Notes under the pieces: model-generated | Database searches by the model: none | What the model was told of the DNA's origin: nothing | The model's input: only the letters and a program-made list of their open reading frames with translations | Shown: positions 12,201 to 25,369 of the stretch, piece by piece | Layout of the letters: each line of letters starts with the position of its first letter | How positions within the stretch are numbered: position 1 is the stretch's first letter | Translations under genes and position numbers: made by a program | Origin: Convolutriloba macropyga | Lineage: Eukaryota | DNA: 64,000 bases | Assembly (NCBI RefSeq): GCF_964194025.1 | Contig: NC_134471.1 | Location: forward strand, 16,306,001 to 16,370,000 | Direction: 5' to 3'

Positions 12201-15200
12201 AGCTTAGGATTGATTAAAGGGACGGGGAGTGAAAGCACTGGGGGGTGCCTGGGTTGAGTGGTATCGGGGGAAGTGGTGGAAAGGAAGAGTGTCAAACACT
12301 TAAGATTCGCCCTTCACGCAATTAATGTCTCCAGTACAGTTCATCGAATCGCATACATAGACTAATAAGCCGTAAGGCTGTAAGAGAACTTAATGCCCAC
12401 CGGGCGTTACCTACCAATTCCGTTTTTGAGGACAAAAAGTCAAAAGAGTCAGACAAAAAACTGGTCAATGGAAAATCCCATTGAAGACCACAGGACCAAT
12501 ATAAATGCTAGCTAATTACTGTTGCTAGCTACCTAAACTGTTGCTAGCTACTTCGTCAGTAGCTAGCAATAGTTTAGGGAGGCTAGCTTAGGCATGATTA
12601 AAGGGACGCGGAGTGAAAGCGCTGGGGGGGTGCATGGGTTGAGTGGTATCGGGGGAAGTGGGGGAAAGGGAGAGGGTCAAACACTTAAGATTCGACCTTC
12701 ACGCAATTAATGTCTCCAGAACAGTTCATCGAATCGCATACATAGACTAATAAGCCGTAAGGCTCTGAGAGAACTTAATTCCCACCGGGCGATACCTGCA
12801 TATTCCGTTTTTGAGGACGAAAAGTCAAGAGTCAGACAAAAAATTGGTCAAGTGGAAACTCCCATTGAAGACCACAGGACCAATATAAATGCTAGCTACT
12901 TACTGTTGCTAGCCACCTAAACTGTTGCTAGCTACTTCGTCAGCAGCTAGCAACAGTTTAGGGAGGCTAGCTTAGGCTTGATTAAAGGGACGGGGAGTGA
13001 AAGCGCTGCGGGGTGCATGGGTTGAGTGGTATCGGGGGAAGTGGGGGAAAGGAAGAGTGTCAAACACTTAAGATTCGCCCTTCGCGCAATTAATGTCTCC
13101 AGAACAGTTCATCGAATCGTATACATAGACTAATAAGCCGTAAGGCTCTAAGAGAACTTAATGCCCACGGGGCATTACCTGCATATTCCGTTTTGAGGAC
13201 GAAAAGTCAAAACAGTCAGACAAAAAATTGGTCAAGTGGAAAATCCCATTGAAGACCACAGGACCAATATAAATGCAGCAAACAACAGAGAGCAATTAAT
13301 TATAAACCGAATAACATCGGAACAATTGCTCTCAAATGACAGGTGGGGCAAAAGCCAAGATAAATTAGCCTATACCCTAGATAAATTTTTATGGGTACAA
13401 ATACAACACGCGAAAGTCAGGTTCGAAGACCGACCTCCTAAGTCCGAACCCGCAACCTCGACAGAGGCATTAACCACTCGGCTATCAGGGCCTTGTCATC
13501 GTCTCTCTAACAACCGGTTTTGTTTGAGCAACTAACTTTAGTTCGGAGTGAGAGCAATTGAAATCACTCAAAAATCAAGAAGTGCGTGAAAAAGTTACTT
13601 GAGACGTCAAAAAACGCAAACACGGTCAAACAAAAAATTTGATAAAAAAACACACACGTTTACAGTAATTGCTTCTCAATCGAGAGCAATTAATCACTGT
13701 CACAAAACAAATGAAATTCAGCCCTCATTTGGGTCACATTTTTGTGATTAGTGTTTCTAAACAAATGTTGGAAATTGTTGTGTGAAACTTATCGGGCACT
13801 AGTATTCGAGTTACTCTCAAAAAAATTAGTGCTAGCGAATTATGATAACCAAACCTAATACAACAGTATATGATACCAAGCAATGTCAGTGATTTGGCAC
13901 AGACTAAAATTTTGTCCTTAGTATTGCATCGAAAACTGGAATAATAGCAAAATCAGTCATATATGACGAAGCAAAAAATGCTAGCAAACAAATCGCTCAT
14001 GGAAAGATCTCATGAGGACTTCCAGATGAACGAAACGTCTAAAAGAGTCTTAGCACAAGAACTAGCAAAACATAGCCCGCAGATTGCCGGAACATAGCCG
14101 CTTGTGGCCTTCCATGGATTAAAACAACTTAAGAAATAAAATAGAGATTGACCACCAGTCTTCTAATAGACCACTACACTTTTTGGTTAGATTCGAACTG
14201 TCATTTTTATGAGACACATACGCTATATAAGGAAAAAACCCTTATTTAGCTTCTTCAAAATTAATATTTAAAATCGAAAACTCAAGGCTCTAATACTCAA
14301 GAATTAGGGCATATACGTTTGGCACTACTTAGATGCACGCTATTGACCTTTAAACATGGCTGGCAGATTGCCGGAATAGATGCGAAAGAATAGACTGCGA
14401 AAAGAAAGCACGCCGTATAATAGAGATAGAACCACATACAGATATAAATAGAAAATCGACGCCGCTCAAAAAGCTAGTAAAAAAAATCAGCGATAAATTA
14501 ATAAAGCTTGTTAACATTCATTCCGCAGAATCCTTTTATTCGAGACCTTTACTGCACATATAATTTCCTTTGACCTTACACTTATTCAAATTAAATTTAA
14601 GTTTTAAAGTGCAAAAGTCATTTTATTCAGTGAGGAAAGTCACGTATGACAAAAATCTAGTCACGCGAATGATCTTAAGACCTTAGCTAGAGAAATTACG
14701 TCACGCGCACAAACGCCGTTAGTGAGAGGAAAAAGTCATTCAGTTTTCCAGCTTTGCTGTGTGCGCAACCGTAAAACAAAAAAGAGCGTCAGACAACGAA
14801 ACAAAAAAACTAAGAGCACCAAGATATAGCTCCGCTCAGCTTACAGCTTCGCAGCTATTACTAGTAAATGTTCATAAATTTCAAAGTTTATTAACCGAGT
14901 TCAGAAGAATTTTTGAGTTCAGATTTTTTGAGTGAGGCAAAGCAGTAAAAATCACTAAATCGAAAAAAATAAATCCAAGAAGTCAGGTCGCAAGAATCAT
15001 CGATGGAGACGAACTAAAAAACATATCAGGACTTCAAGTTCTTCTGTACAATTCAAAAAATTCCATTGACTTAACAGAAAACTAGACATAGAACAGACTA
15101 TAAATGGATTTGGAAAACCATTTAGAAAAAATCCGATCCAAAAAATCGAAGTGAAATTGCCGCGTGTGAACAAAAACCACTTGAGAGAAAGCAAATTTTT

Positions 15201-18200
15201 GTTCAATGCCCTTTTCTCACTCTACTTTAGAATCAGAGCGAAAAAAATTCACATAACAAAGCCACTCGCTTTTTCGCTCCACTTCCTGTTTCGGCGTGAC
15301 CAAAATCACAACTCCAATTTGACTTCAAAAATCATGAAAATGTGTGAACAGATTTCAAAAAAAAGACAGCGCCTAAACACAATTCAAATTCTTTGAATTG
15401 TAAAAATCCACGATGTACCCAATAATACCCGCTATCACTTCGCGGCTATTAATAAATGACTCAGTATGTAATCAAAGTTTTAAGTGAAAACACATCGCAG
15501 TATTAGAGGCAGAAAAATTTTACCCAGGTCTGAACAAAGATTGATGAATAAATAACGTGCTTTATACTAACACTTAAAATCAACTAAAAACCATCCAAAC
15601 TTAATCTTGATATAAAAATCATCATCTAAACCTAAAGAAACTGGGAGTGAGGAACGTTATTTTGAACGCCATGTGAGACCGAAAATTTATTCAGGCGAAT
15701 GAAGAGGAAAAAATAATACGGGTACAAATGCAATCACGCACACAACTCAAATTGCAAGAATAAATGTTCATAAGCTAATTGAAACAGAGCGTGTTGTGGC
15801 AGGTTTTAATTGTAGATGCTTTATTGGGAGCGAGGAATGGAGTGCGAGTAAAACCATCATTAGAAATTTCTTCAGACCACTAATAAGATTTAGAAGGAAA
15901 AAATGGAACCAATTACGGCCCGCTTTTGATTGCGCTTTGTGTAGTAAACTACCGCAAATTAAGTTAGCAGATAATATTCTAAAAGCGATCAATTAAGATC
16001 AGGCGAAACGCGAGAAGTCAAGCGGGAAAAAGTCATCCGAAAAATCAAATCACTGCTGTGATCGAACGAATATTCTAGGACCAAAACAGTGACGCAAAAA
16101 AACAAATAAGAGTCGGGCGATTTCTTCAAGGCTATAAAAAGAAAAGAACTCTTAGCGATAGGCACATCAAAATTCAAACTTTCAAATAGCCACCGTCATT
16201 AAATTATCAAGTAACTTTAAAACTTTTTTAAACATAGCCAGCAGATTGCCGGAATAGCTGCGAAACAATAGACCTGCGTACCATATAATAGAGATAGAAA
16301 CAGATACAGATCTAAATTGAAAAAAAAATCGACGCCACTCAAAAAACTAGGCTAAAAACATTTAGCGATTAATTAATAAAGCTTGCTAAAATTCATTCCA
16401 CAGACGCCTTTTATAAGGGACCTTTAATGCACATTTGACCTTAAACAAATTCAAATTAAACTTAAGTTTTAAAGTGCAAAAGTCATTTTATTGAGTGAGG
16501 TAAGTCACGTATGATCAAAATCTAATCACGCAAATAACATAAAAACTTTCGCAAAAGCGAGTGAGAAAAGACGTCACGCGCGCAAATGCCGCTAGTGAGA
16601 GGAAGAAGTCATTCAGAAAATTTGACTTTTTCAACTTTGCTGTGTGAACAAATGTAAAACGAAAAAAGAGCGTCAGACGACGAAACAAAAAACATAGCAG
16701 GACAAGTCCTGACGCACAATTCAAAGAATTTTCATTGACTGAACAGAAAACTAGACCTTGAACGGACTATGAATGGATTGGGAAAACCATTTAGAAAAAA
16801 AATCCGATCCAAAAATCGAAAAAACAGTAAAAATCAAATTGAAATTGCCGCATGTGAACAAAAAACCACTAGCGAGAAAGCGAATTTTTGTTCAAACACC
16901 GTTTTCTCACTCTACTTTAAATTCAGAGCAAAAAAATTTCACGCCGCAAAACCACTCGCTTTTTCGCTCCATTTCCTGTTTCGGCGTGACCATAATCACT
17001 ACTCCAATTTGACTTCAAAAATCATGAAAATGTGTGAACAGATCTTAAAAAAAAAGACAGCGCCCCAATACAATTCAAATTCTTTGAATTGTAAAAAAAA
17101 TTTCACGCCGCAAAACCACTCGCTTTTTCGCTCCACTTCCTGTTTCGGCGTGACCAAAATCACTACTCCAATTTGACTTCAAAAATCATGAAAATGTGAA
17201 CAAATCTTAAAAAAAAAACAGCGCCCCAATACAATTCAAATTCTTTGAATTGTAAAAAACCAAGAGCACCGCAATATAGCTTCGCTCAGCTTACAGCTTC
17301 GCAGCTATAACAAAAAAACAATGCAGAATTTAATAGGATTTGATTCAAAGCCTTCGAATTTGGAAAACAGCTAGCAAATTTTCATCTGTAGGATAGATTA
17401 ATATTTTCATGTTTTCCTAGAAAACTTATGTTATCGATAGTTTCAGCCGCATTTTAGATAAGAGCCAATCTGTGTAAATTGATCTGTTTTCAGCCTTACA
17501 ACACTAAATAGCTAAATTTTTAAACATTTCATTCCGAGATAATCAAGAGGCACTTAAAAAGACAGGTGCCGAACGTTTAACAGACGTAACCGTCAAATCG
17601 GTAAAAGCAACACGCAAACAACCCGTCCATGTATGTAATTGCTTAAAACTTTAAAGAAATAGGCACCTATTTTTTACCAACTTTACTTGCAGCTCCTTCC
17701 TGCATTTCCAGATAGCATAACTGACTTACATCAGGGTGTACGAATGGCATTGAGACATTCCACTTCCATTGGTAGACTTGGCCAGACTTGGAGAGTGCAA
17801 CCAGTTCAGAGTGCATGGCGGCTATCTGCACAAACTTGGGAGGAGGACTGCTCACCTACACACAGCAAAAAAGAAATATCTCAACAAAAAAAAAACAAAA
17901 AATTTAACATCATCCCATCACAACACACGAAAAATACATTGAACGTCCTTGCAAAAGACAAGCAAAAGGTGCGTTCATCTTTTTTTTAAAAAAAGTGGGA
18001 GCTCATCATATCAATCTCAAGTTAAATCCTAGATGAAAACGACTCCTCTCTGTTTCAATAGATCAAAGCTCAATACAAGTACAGTTACATCGAAAAACTG
18101 AAATTTCTACAGAATATTGCTCATTCCAAAAGATTCGCACCGCATCTGGAAGCAGAATGAACCACTCTGGTTCTTCCCAACTTATGACGTCATTGTTGCC

Positions 18201-21200
18201 TCCACCGCCTATTAGAGTGGAGTACTCAGCACCAGTTTTTCCGCCTTTAATTCCCCCACTTCCCACACCTGCCGAGTCCGTGACTCCCAGCTCCCATGGT
18301 TGCCCACTGCCATCAGTAGTGCCACTGCCTCCCGAAGCACCAGTTGCAGAAGAGCCAATTGGGTTGGCGCTGGAACCACCGCCGGTACTAGCACCTATAA
18401 ACACAATCACAAACTTATTACAAGGAAGACACACTTCTGCGCATTATATTTATCATAAAACTAACAGTGCTTGTCAGATATAAATCATTAGGCAGCTCTG
18501 CAGGACTTCCACTCAAATTATTCCGTTTTCAAACACTAACATACCCGGCAGATTGCCGGAAAATAGCCGCCGTTGATTCCAATAAGCATGATTGGGATTG
18601 AACGAATAGAATATATTGAAAAAAAAAGATTTTTGTACAAAAATATTTTTTAAGTCCGATTTATTTTGATGGCATTTCGTAGTTGAACATACTTCTGTTT
18701 CTTAGAGAGAGGCTACAGGGGCTACTATCAACACCAATAAGCATTAGAGGTGGTAACTAAGACTTATAGGAACGACGTTCAAATAGCGGGCATCTAAAAT
18801 TGGGCTTTATGGGTTTATCCCGTTTTTATTTCTGACTTCAATTTTTTATACCGACTCTGTTCATTTTGAATTGCATTGCTTAGCAACTGATGTTCAAACT
18901 CACTTTTAGCAGAATGAGAGAAGAGAAAAACTAGCCTAGAGAAGTCAAAAAGATTTCACGCAAAATGTCGAAAACGCGGCAAAATGGTAAAGCGAAAAAA
19001 ATTTTGACGAAGTAAAAAAACATAGCAGGACAAGTCCTGACGTACAATTCAAAGAATTTTCATTGACTAAACAGAAAAATAGACCTAGAACGGACTATTA
19101 ATGGATTGGGAAAACCATTTAGAAAAAAATCCGACCAAAAAATCGAAAAAACAGGAAAAATCAAAGTGAAATTGCCGCATGTGAACAAAAAACCACTAGC
19201 GAGAAAGCGAATTTTTGTTCAAACACCGTTTTCTCACTCTACTTTAAATTTACAGCGAAAAAATTTCACGCCGCGAAACCACTCGCTTTTTCGCTCCACT
19301 TCCTTTTTCGGCGTGACCAAAATCACTACTCCAATTTGACTTCAAAAATCATGAAAATGTGTCAACAGATCTTAAAAAAAAAACATAGCCGGAAGAATTC
19401 CGGAAGCGACTCGAAGCGTCAAAACTTCGCTAACAAAACAGTAATTGCAGCGGAAGTCACTAACTTTTGTTTAAACCATTAACTCACTACCTCTCCAGGT
19501 CTGCTCTAAAAATTGGTGAAACTTAAACCACTGTCAACAAGAAACAAAATGCAGCAAAATTTGATATTATTGAAAACGTTTGGTAACGTTAAAAAATCCA
19601 AAATAATTAAGGTGGTCAAAAACCTGATAGTCTGAAAAACCCAGAAAGGTTATCGATAGCCCTCAATGATTCATGATTCCAAACTCAAAAAGATCGCGAA
19701 AACAAACGGCAGATAATAATCTTAGAAACTAAGTTGAATCTTTTCAAAAAAGGTCAAATTTAAGAATCAGAAAACAACTATAATTACACTTCTAATCACT
19801 GCGATTACGATAAAAAAAACAACACACACATACTGTTCCTTTTTGTACACAAGCTAGACAACATGATTTCATACTAAATCAAATATAAAATTGATCATAG
19901 AAAAGACATAAGCAGCAGAAGAATATTCAAAGGCAAAAAATCGTATAAAAAACCAAGGCCGGAAGAAAGCTGCAGTAAATATTCATCAGTGGAAATTTTG
20001 GAAGAAGCTTGCTATCAAACTCTCAGTACTGCCTTTTATTGAATGAAGTCAATTGCACACCAAAGAAAGGACGAAAATCTAAGAAAAAGCTGAAATCGTT
20101 CATTTTTTACAACTGAAAAAATCAATATACCGAAAATAAATTTAGGTGCCAGGACAAAACTAAATTGATACTAACTATATTGTGAAGAATATGGGCACAA
20201 TGTAAGGAACACCGTAACAAAAAGACTTCTTGATTTTTGAAAGTTAAAAATCAATTTAAAAAATTCAAGAAAAACGAATACATTTCACTGTTCAGCATTC
20301 AAGACAGAGAAAAGATAACTAGTTATCCGATACAAAGATCTATCCTCCTGAAGAGACCAAAAATAGGAAAAAGCAGAATTACTAAATAAGAAGCATTGAA
20401 ACATTTTGCAAAAAAAATGGTCAAAGAACTTTTAAGTTAAGACTGCATTTATGAAAAAGTTTTTACTGTTTTCTCAAAACTTAACGCCAAAAAATGATTG
20501 AATTTTTATTAAAACGAAATTAAAGTCCCTCGTGTTGCACAAAAAACTATTTCTAGCAACTACAACCAAAATACAAACGAAAAACTGACGAAAATCGGAA
20601 GAAACTACCAAAATCGGATTAGCATGTGTACAATTTTATGGAACAAAAATACATCGAGGTAGAAAGAGGCGTTGAATATAGGAATTAGCAAAGAGAAATT
20701 GCCATATTAACTGATTATTGACAAAAAGACGGTTAAAAGATCCAAAAAAGAAGAAATTAAAAGAAAAAAAGCCAAAAAAAAACTAAAAAATCAAGAAATA
20801 TGTGCCAATTTTCTCTTGAAACGCATTTTCAGGCTCTGCAAAACACTGTGGCATCAATTTCCGAGGTTGACATTTCAATATAGTATTGAATAAAATTTAT
20901 TTATACAAGCAACCAAATTAAAAACAAAAAAAAATGGTTAAAAACGGTTATCTATATGTGCAATTCAGTCAAAAATTACATTTCAAAGTCAAAAAGTCAT
21001 TCACTATACGCGGCGCATGATCAAAAAACTTCTCTCGCTTAGCGAAAATCTGTTCAGCCAAGACAACTTTTCTCACTTTCGCTTTTAGGTCAAAATGCCG
21101 CGTGAACAAATCTACTTCCTGTAAAAAAAAAACCGAGAGAAAACCAATACTCCTCTTCGAGTCGTAAAAAAGACAGCGCCCCAATACAATTCAAATTCTT

Positions 21201-22909
21201 TGAATTGTAAAAAAAAAATACGAGCGCAATAATAGCCGGCTGAGAAGATGAGGGCGGCTATTAATAATGACACACAAAAATCCATTTTCGGGTTAAATGA
21301 TTAGGAATACACAAGTTTTCACAAAACCACAGCAGTCATATATTTAAAGTTGCAATCTTCGAACTTATACCACAAATTTATTGCAATACCTGTTGCATTT
21401 CCTGATCCCCTATCGGCACTGGATGTGATTCCGGTGGATCGCAGTATCTCATTTCTCAAACTGAGTCGCTGTCGACCAACGTTGGCTGCAGTCGATGAGG
21501 ACCGATATGCTGTAGCATAGTTGAGATAATCTTCTACTAACATCTGTTCTGATTCCAGAATATAGTTACCAGCTCGCTCTGACAAGTTGTTTTCCACGAA
21601 TGACATCAGATCATCCGCAAATAGGTCTCCAACTTCATCATCCTCGCCATCTTCGTCGTCTCGAGACAGAAGATTGTTCACGGCAGAATTTACATCAAGA
21701 TTCTAAACCAAATCAATGTTAGCTAGGAAGATCTACATGACGGATAAACAAGCTGCTGGTTTCTGCGGTACCGCGCCGCTCAAGAAATTTGCAAGTAATT
21801 GGCGGAATGGACTTTTCTTTACTGTGACCCTCCCAGTACACCCGCCATGCAACCCCCCCCCCCCCCCCCCTTACACATACCATTAATTACTCAATAATAA
21901 ATCATTATGTATAAATTGGGCACGTGCTCTTGGGGTGCAAATAATATGCACACAAATGCTATACTGGGGGGTTACTAACGGTAAACAGCCCACAATTCTC
22001 CTCAAACTTCTAGTCAATTGCCTTCAACTTTCAAGATCACAGAACTTTACATTCAATAACATCCACATACCGTTCTCTGTAGCTCTCTGATTATCAGACT
22101 ACGCGATTTGCCTTGCAACACATTCTGAACTTGCACAATAAGGTCTTCGGGGACTTGTGAAGGAGGGATAAAAGGGACACTGCTCATAAACAAATTGCGG
22201 TAATTTGGCCTGCCAGGTCGAGATGGTGCGCTGCCACTGCCACCAGAAGCACCAGCATTTGCGCTACTTGATCCAATAGTTGCTGAGGTTACATTTCGCC
22301 TATACGGCACTCTTTCAGCGCCAGTCAGGCCACCAATCAATCTTGCGCTCTTCTTTTTCGGTTTCTTTGCAGACCATAGGCTGGAATGTGGAAAATCAAT
22401 GACGCAGTCATAAATTGTAATTCAGAATTTATAATTGTTAGCCTATTAATGTTACCTTTTGGAATCATTTTTGTTAGATTCAATGTGTTCGGCATTTAGA
22501 GAGTAAGCGATTCGGCATATTCGTCCATCCTGAAATCACAATTGAACATTATTGATGGAAACCTAATCAATCTTACATATTGATGTAAAATTGCACAAGG
22601 ACTCGCAATGGTGACCAGGCAAATTCACGTGAAAAGTGAATATTTACGTGCCTCCAATAAAATGGCAATATGACTTGACGCAACTGCAATTTGTCTAACT
22701 GAAGACTGTCCGAGAGCAGCAACCCACGGTGGGTTGATTACTTTCTGCTTATTTATAGAGTCACTAACACTGCTTAACCTAAAAAAATAATATATTAAAA
22801 AATTACACTGAAGTACTTTGAAAAATAATTTACATAAGCTGGTTTACTTCTCATTAAATATTTCGTCTGATCCTGGTAGCGAATAGGTGAAAAAACGAAA
22901 TTCGTCCAT
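9291..22909 (-). CDS. UBR5: E3 ubiquitin ligase UBR5/EDD/hyd, 5' part. Coding exons 22909-22848, 22778-22652, 22529-22456, 22380-22071, 21702-21390, 18394-18141, 17855-17730, 9571-9291; gene continues beyond position 1
   Basis: Spliced translation [22 protein letters not shown]...HIAILLE|DGRICRI...[28 protein letters not shown]|[19 protein letters not shown] (UBR5 UBA region)...[20 protein letters not shown]...HHPRI...SGRVATWMD...KLFWW matches the UBR5 N-terminus. Intron phases are consistent at every junction (GT-AG except one GC-AG). Confidence 0.93.
10238..13692 (-). mobile_element. Probable HINE carrying an internal satellite array
   Basis: AAA|CATAACCCAC... with AATTGCACTC; other end hairpin TAATTGCTTCTCAATCGAGAGCAATTA. 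The 3' hairpin is degenerate. Confidence 0.5.
10290..13277. repeat. Tandem array of 8 units alternating ~368 and ~385 bp (dimeric ~753-bp higher-order repeat)
   Basis: Marker AAACACTTAAGATTCG recurs at ~10421, 10788, 11173, 11541, 11926, 12294, 12679, 13062. Confidence 0.92.
14071..15451 (-). mobile_element. HINE with nested HINEs at 14355-14860 and 15022-15402 (family B)
   Basis: Three CAT(A/G)-hairpin-subTIR starts pair with three hairpin/subTIR ends (GCGGCTATT, TTCGCAGCTATT, TTTGAATTGTA). Confidence 0.72.
16233..17310 (-). mobile_element. HINE (same family as 14355-14860) with family B nested at 16693-17254; the B 5' segment is internally duplicated
   Basis: subTIR AATAGCTGCGAA/TTCGCAGCTAT. 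Empty-site homolog at 14797-14820. Confidence 0.8.
18540..21263 (-). mobile_element. Triple nest: HINE A (18540-21263) > B (19021-21209) > C (19384-21166)
   Basis: C has the hairpin CCGGAAGAATTCCGG and subTIR CGACTCGAAG/CTTCGAGTCG. A and B ends as described above. Confidence 0.82.
21809..21990. mobile_element. Degenerate MITE related to the 25210 element
   Basis: Imperfect TIR ...CCCTCCCAGTA / TACTGGGGG...; shared internal GGGGTGCAAATAATATGC. Confidence 0.45.
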
Positions 22910-23138
22910 ACATTCACTAGTATCTGAAAGATACAATGAGAGAAACAGACAGAGGAAAACAAGAGAATGCCAATATCTTTCCGCATTCAATGACTCGAGA
23001 GCTTTTTTTTTATAGAAATCGAGGTTAACCGAAAATAGGGGCCCCACGTTTCTTATTCAGCTGAAAATTAACTCAGCTTCACTCAAACTGTTCATGGATA
23101 ATCAGATGATCCCATCGAAAGATCGGGTCACTTAATTT

Positions 23139-23232
23139 GGATCTTTTCCGTTTGTGCCCCCGGGCTTAGTGGGTGCATATTAGGGATCTCTTCCGTTTGT
23201 GCCCCCCCCAGCTTAATGGACGCCCCCAGTTT
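23139..23232. mobile_element. Two head-to-tail left-end fragments of the same MITE family
   Basis: GGATCT(T/C)TTCCGTTTGTGCCCCC occurs twice. Confidence 0.6.
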
Positions 23233-23414
23233 CATATTTTAAATGATGACCACTGATGATGCGAGCAACCGAGTGGCCTCAAGAGTCAACTCAAATTCTG
23301 GATACTATCCAAGTGTTGAAGAACTCCTTGTTGCAATGAACAATGATGTTGACTACAAGACTCTCACTGGGAAGCTCACAAAGGACTGGCTACATTGCTT
23401 GCTGAAAGCCACTC

Positions 23415-24890
23415 CAGTAGTAGTAGTAGTAATAGTAGTAGTAAAAGACTTAAATTCCAACAAGAGGAATACATAGTAAAAGAAAGACACGACAGTACAA
23501 ATTAACAAAGCACAGTAGCAAATTAAGATCTGCAGTCCACACAGCGACATTTAAGAAAATATGTACATGCCCGATAGTAATTAAAAGAAAGTGTTTTGGC
23601 TATGAGAAAATTATCTAAATTCTTACAAAAAATATTGAAAGATGACCTAAAGTCAATGACGTTGATAGAAATTAAGTAATTGGCGGAGTGGATAGTTCGA
23701 CTAAGAAAACAGTTGTCAGTTTTGAATTTTTTGTTCAACGGTTGTTCAAAAAAGGTTTTGACTGACCCTCGGGAGCTGAGTGTCGTACTATTGACATGTA
23801 GCTTTAAGTAACTCTCCATTGTTCCATGCCAAGTTTTCCATAGTAGAATAAGGTCAGCTGGCGCAATTTGATAGCAAATTGGATACAAATTTAGTTTTGA
23901 AAGTGTATCGTTGTAATCCTCAGACCTAATAACCCAGCGAAACACTTTGCGCTGAAACTTTTCTAACACTTTCAAAATACCAGTTTTAACGTTTTAACAC
24001 ACCAAGCTTAGGAGCAGTAAAGTAGCACAGATAAAATCATCGTTTGGTACAACGTTTTCTTGCGGAAAATAGAAACTTGAAACGGTATGCTTCTTTTCAA
24101 AAAATCAAAAAATTTTATTACATTTCGCAAGTTTAGTCTTAACGTGTGTTGTCCAACAGAGATCTTCAGTAACTAGCATTCCCAAATCCATAATCTCTCT
24201 AGTGAAAAGAATTTCCGCTTCTCCTAGAAATAAGGGAGACTGGCTGCACTTAAAGTTCATCGCTTCACACTTTTCTGGATGAAATTCAAGTTGATTTTTG
24301 CGTGACCATTCATAAATACCATTGATGTCACATTGCAGACCTTCGAAACAATCAACGCATAGCAGCTTTAGGTCGTCGGCATATAAGTAAACATGGGAGT
24401 TTTGCACATGGTCAACAAGATCGTTCATGTACAAGATGAACAGAAGTGGTCCAAGGACACTTCCTTGTGGGACACCAGATGTTACAACGGAGGGCCTAGA
24501 AAAAAAGATCCTATACGGACAATTTGGTGTCGATCTTCGAGATAATCCGAGAAAAGATGAAGAAAAGCGTCGTCAAACCCAAATGCTGCCAGTTTTGTTA
24601 TTAATTTATGATGCGGAACGGAATCAAAAGCCTTTTTGATATCAAAATAGACGCTAGCACAAGGAAAATTTTTGTCAAGATTGTTGTAAAGAACATCAAA
24701 ATATGAAATAAGTTGAATAGTTGTGCTGCGTCTCTTCATAAAACCGTGCTGAGCGTTTGTGACTAGCGGCCTAACTAGTGGATACAAAAAATTGATTAAC
24801 ATTTTTTCAAAAACAATAGAAAGCTTTGGAAGCAAGCTGATCGGACGATAGTTTTTAACGTCACTTGTTGAACCATTTTTGTTGAACCCA
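23415..24890 (-). mobile_element. 5'-truncated CR1-group LINE (RT plus C-terminus) with (TAC)n tail
   Basis: [41 protein letters not shown]; candidate TSD CACTC. Confidence 0.88.
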
Positions 24891-25209
24891 GCACTCTACT
24901 GAATTTAAAAGAAGCTATGTCATATTTAAAAATACTGATTCTTGTTGACAGTAGAATGAACACTTAGGATAAAATTCTTGATGAACAAAAAATGGTTACA
25001 GAGGAAATAAAACAAAAGTTAACTCAGTTTAATATCAAACCAATGGAAACATACAAGACAAATGAGAGACGAATTATTGAGCCAGCCATAAACGATAAAA
25101 AAATTTTACGGTAACTTAAAGTTATTGGTATACCTGAAAACAAGGAAAGTTTTCTAATGGACATCTGTTGAAGGACAAACAATCAATACAAAATGGGCGT
25201 TCAGTTAGC

Positions 25210-25369
25210 GGATTTTATCCGTTTGTGCCCCCTAGCTTAGTGGGCGCATATTATTTGCACACCCCAGACGCACGTGCAATATTTTTACATAATGATTTAC
25301 TATGTAATGGCACGTGCTCTGTAACTTGGGGCGCATAACGTACTGGGGGGGCACAAACGGAAAAGATCC
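25210..25369. mobile_element. 160-bp MITE, Merlin-like (GG termini, 8-bp TSD)
   Basis: TIR GGATTTTATCCGTTTGTGCCCCC / GGGGGCACAAACGGAAAAGATCC; TSD CAGTTAGC at 25202-25209 and 25370-25377. Confidence 0.85.

Noticed and set aside
10290-13277. CRISPR array, SL RNA/snRNA gene cluster or hammerhead ribozyme array
   Set aside because: No unique spacers, and the leader sequence is absent from the unit. The minus-strand CTGACGA lacks a stem II-GAAA core. An Sm-like AATTTTTTG alone is uninformative.
18157-18483. Pro-rich plus-strand ORF
   Set aside because: Antisense shadow of the Gly/Ser-rich UBR5 exon.
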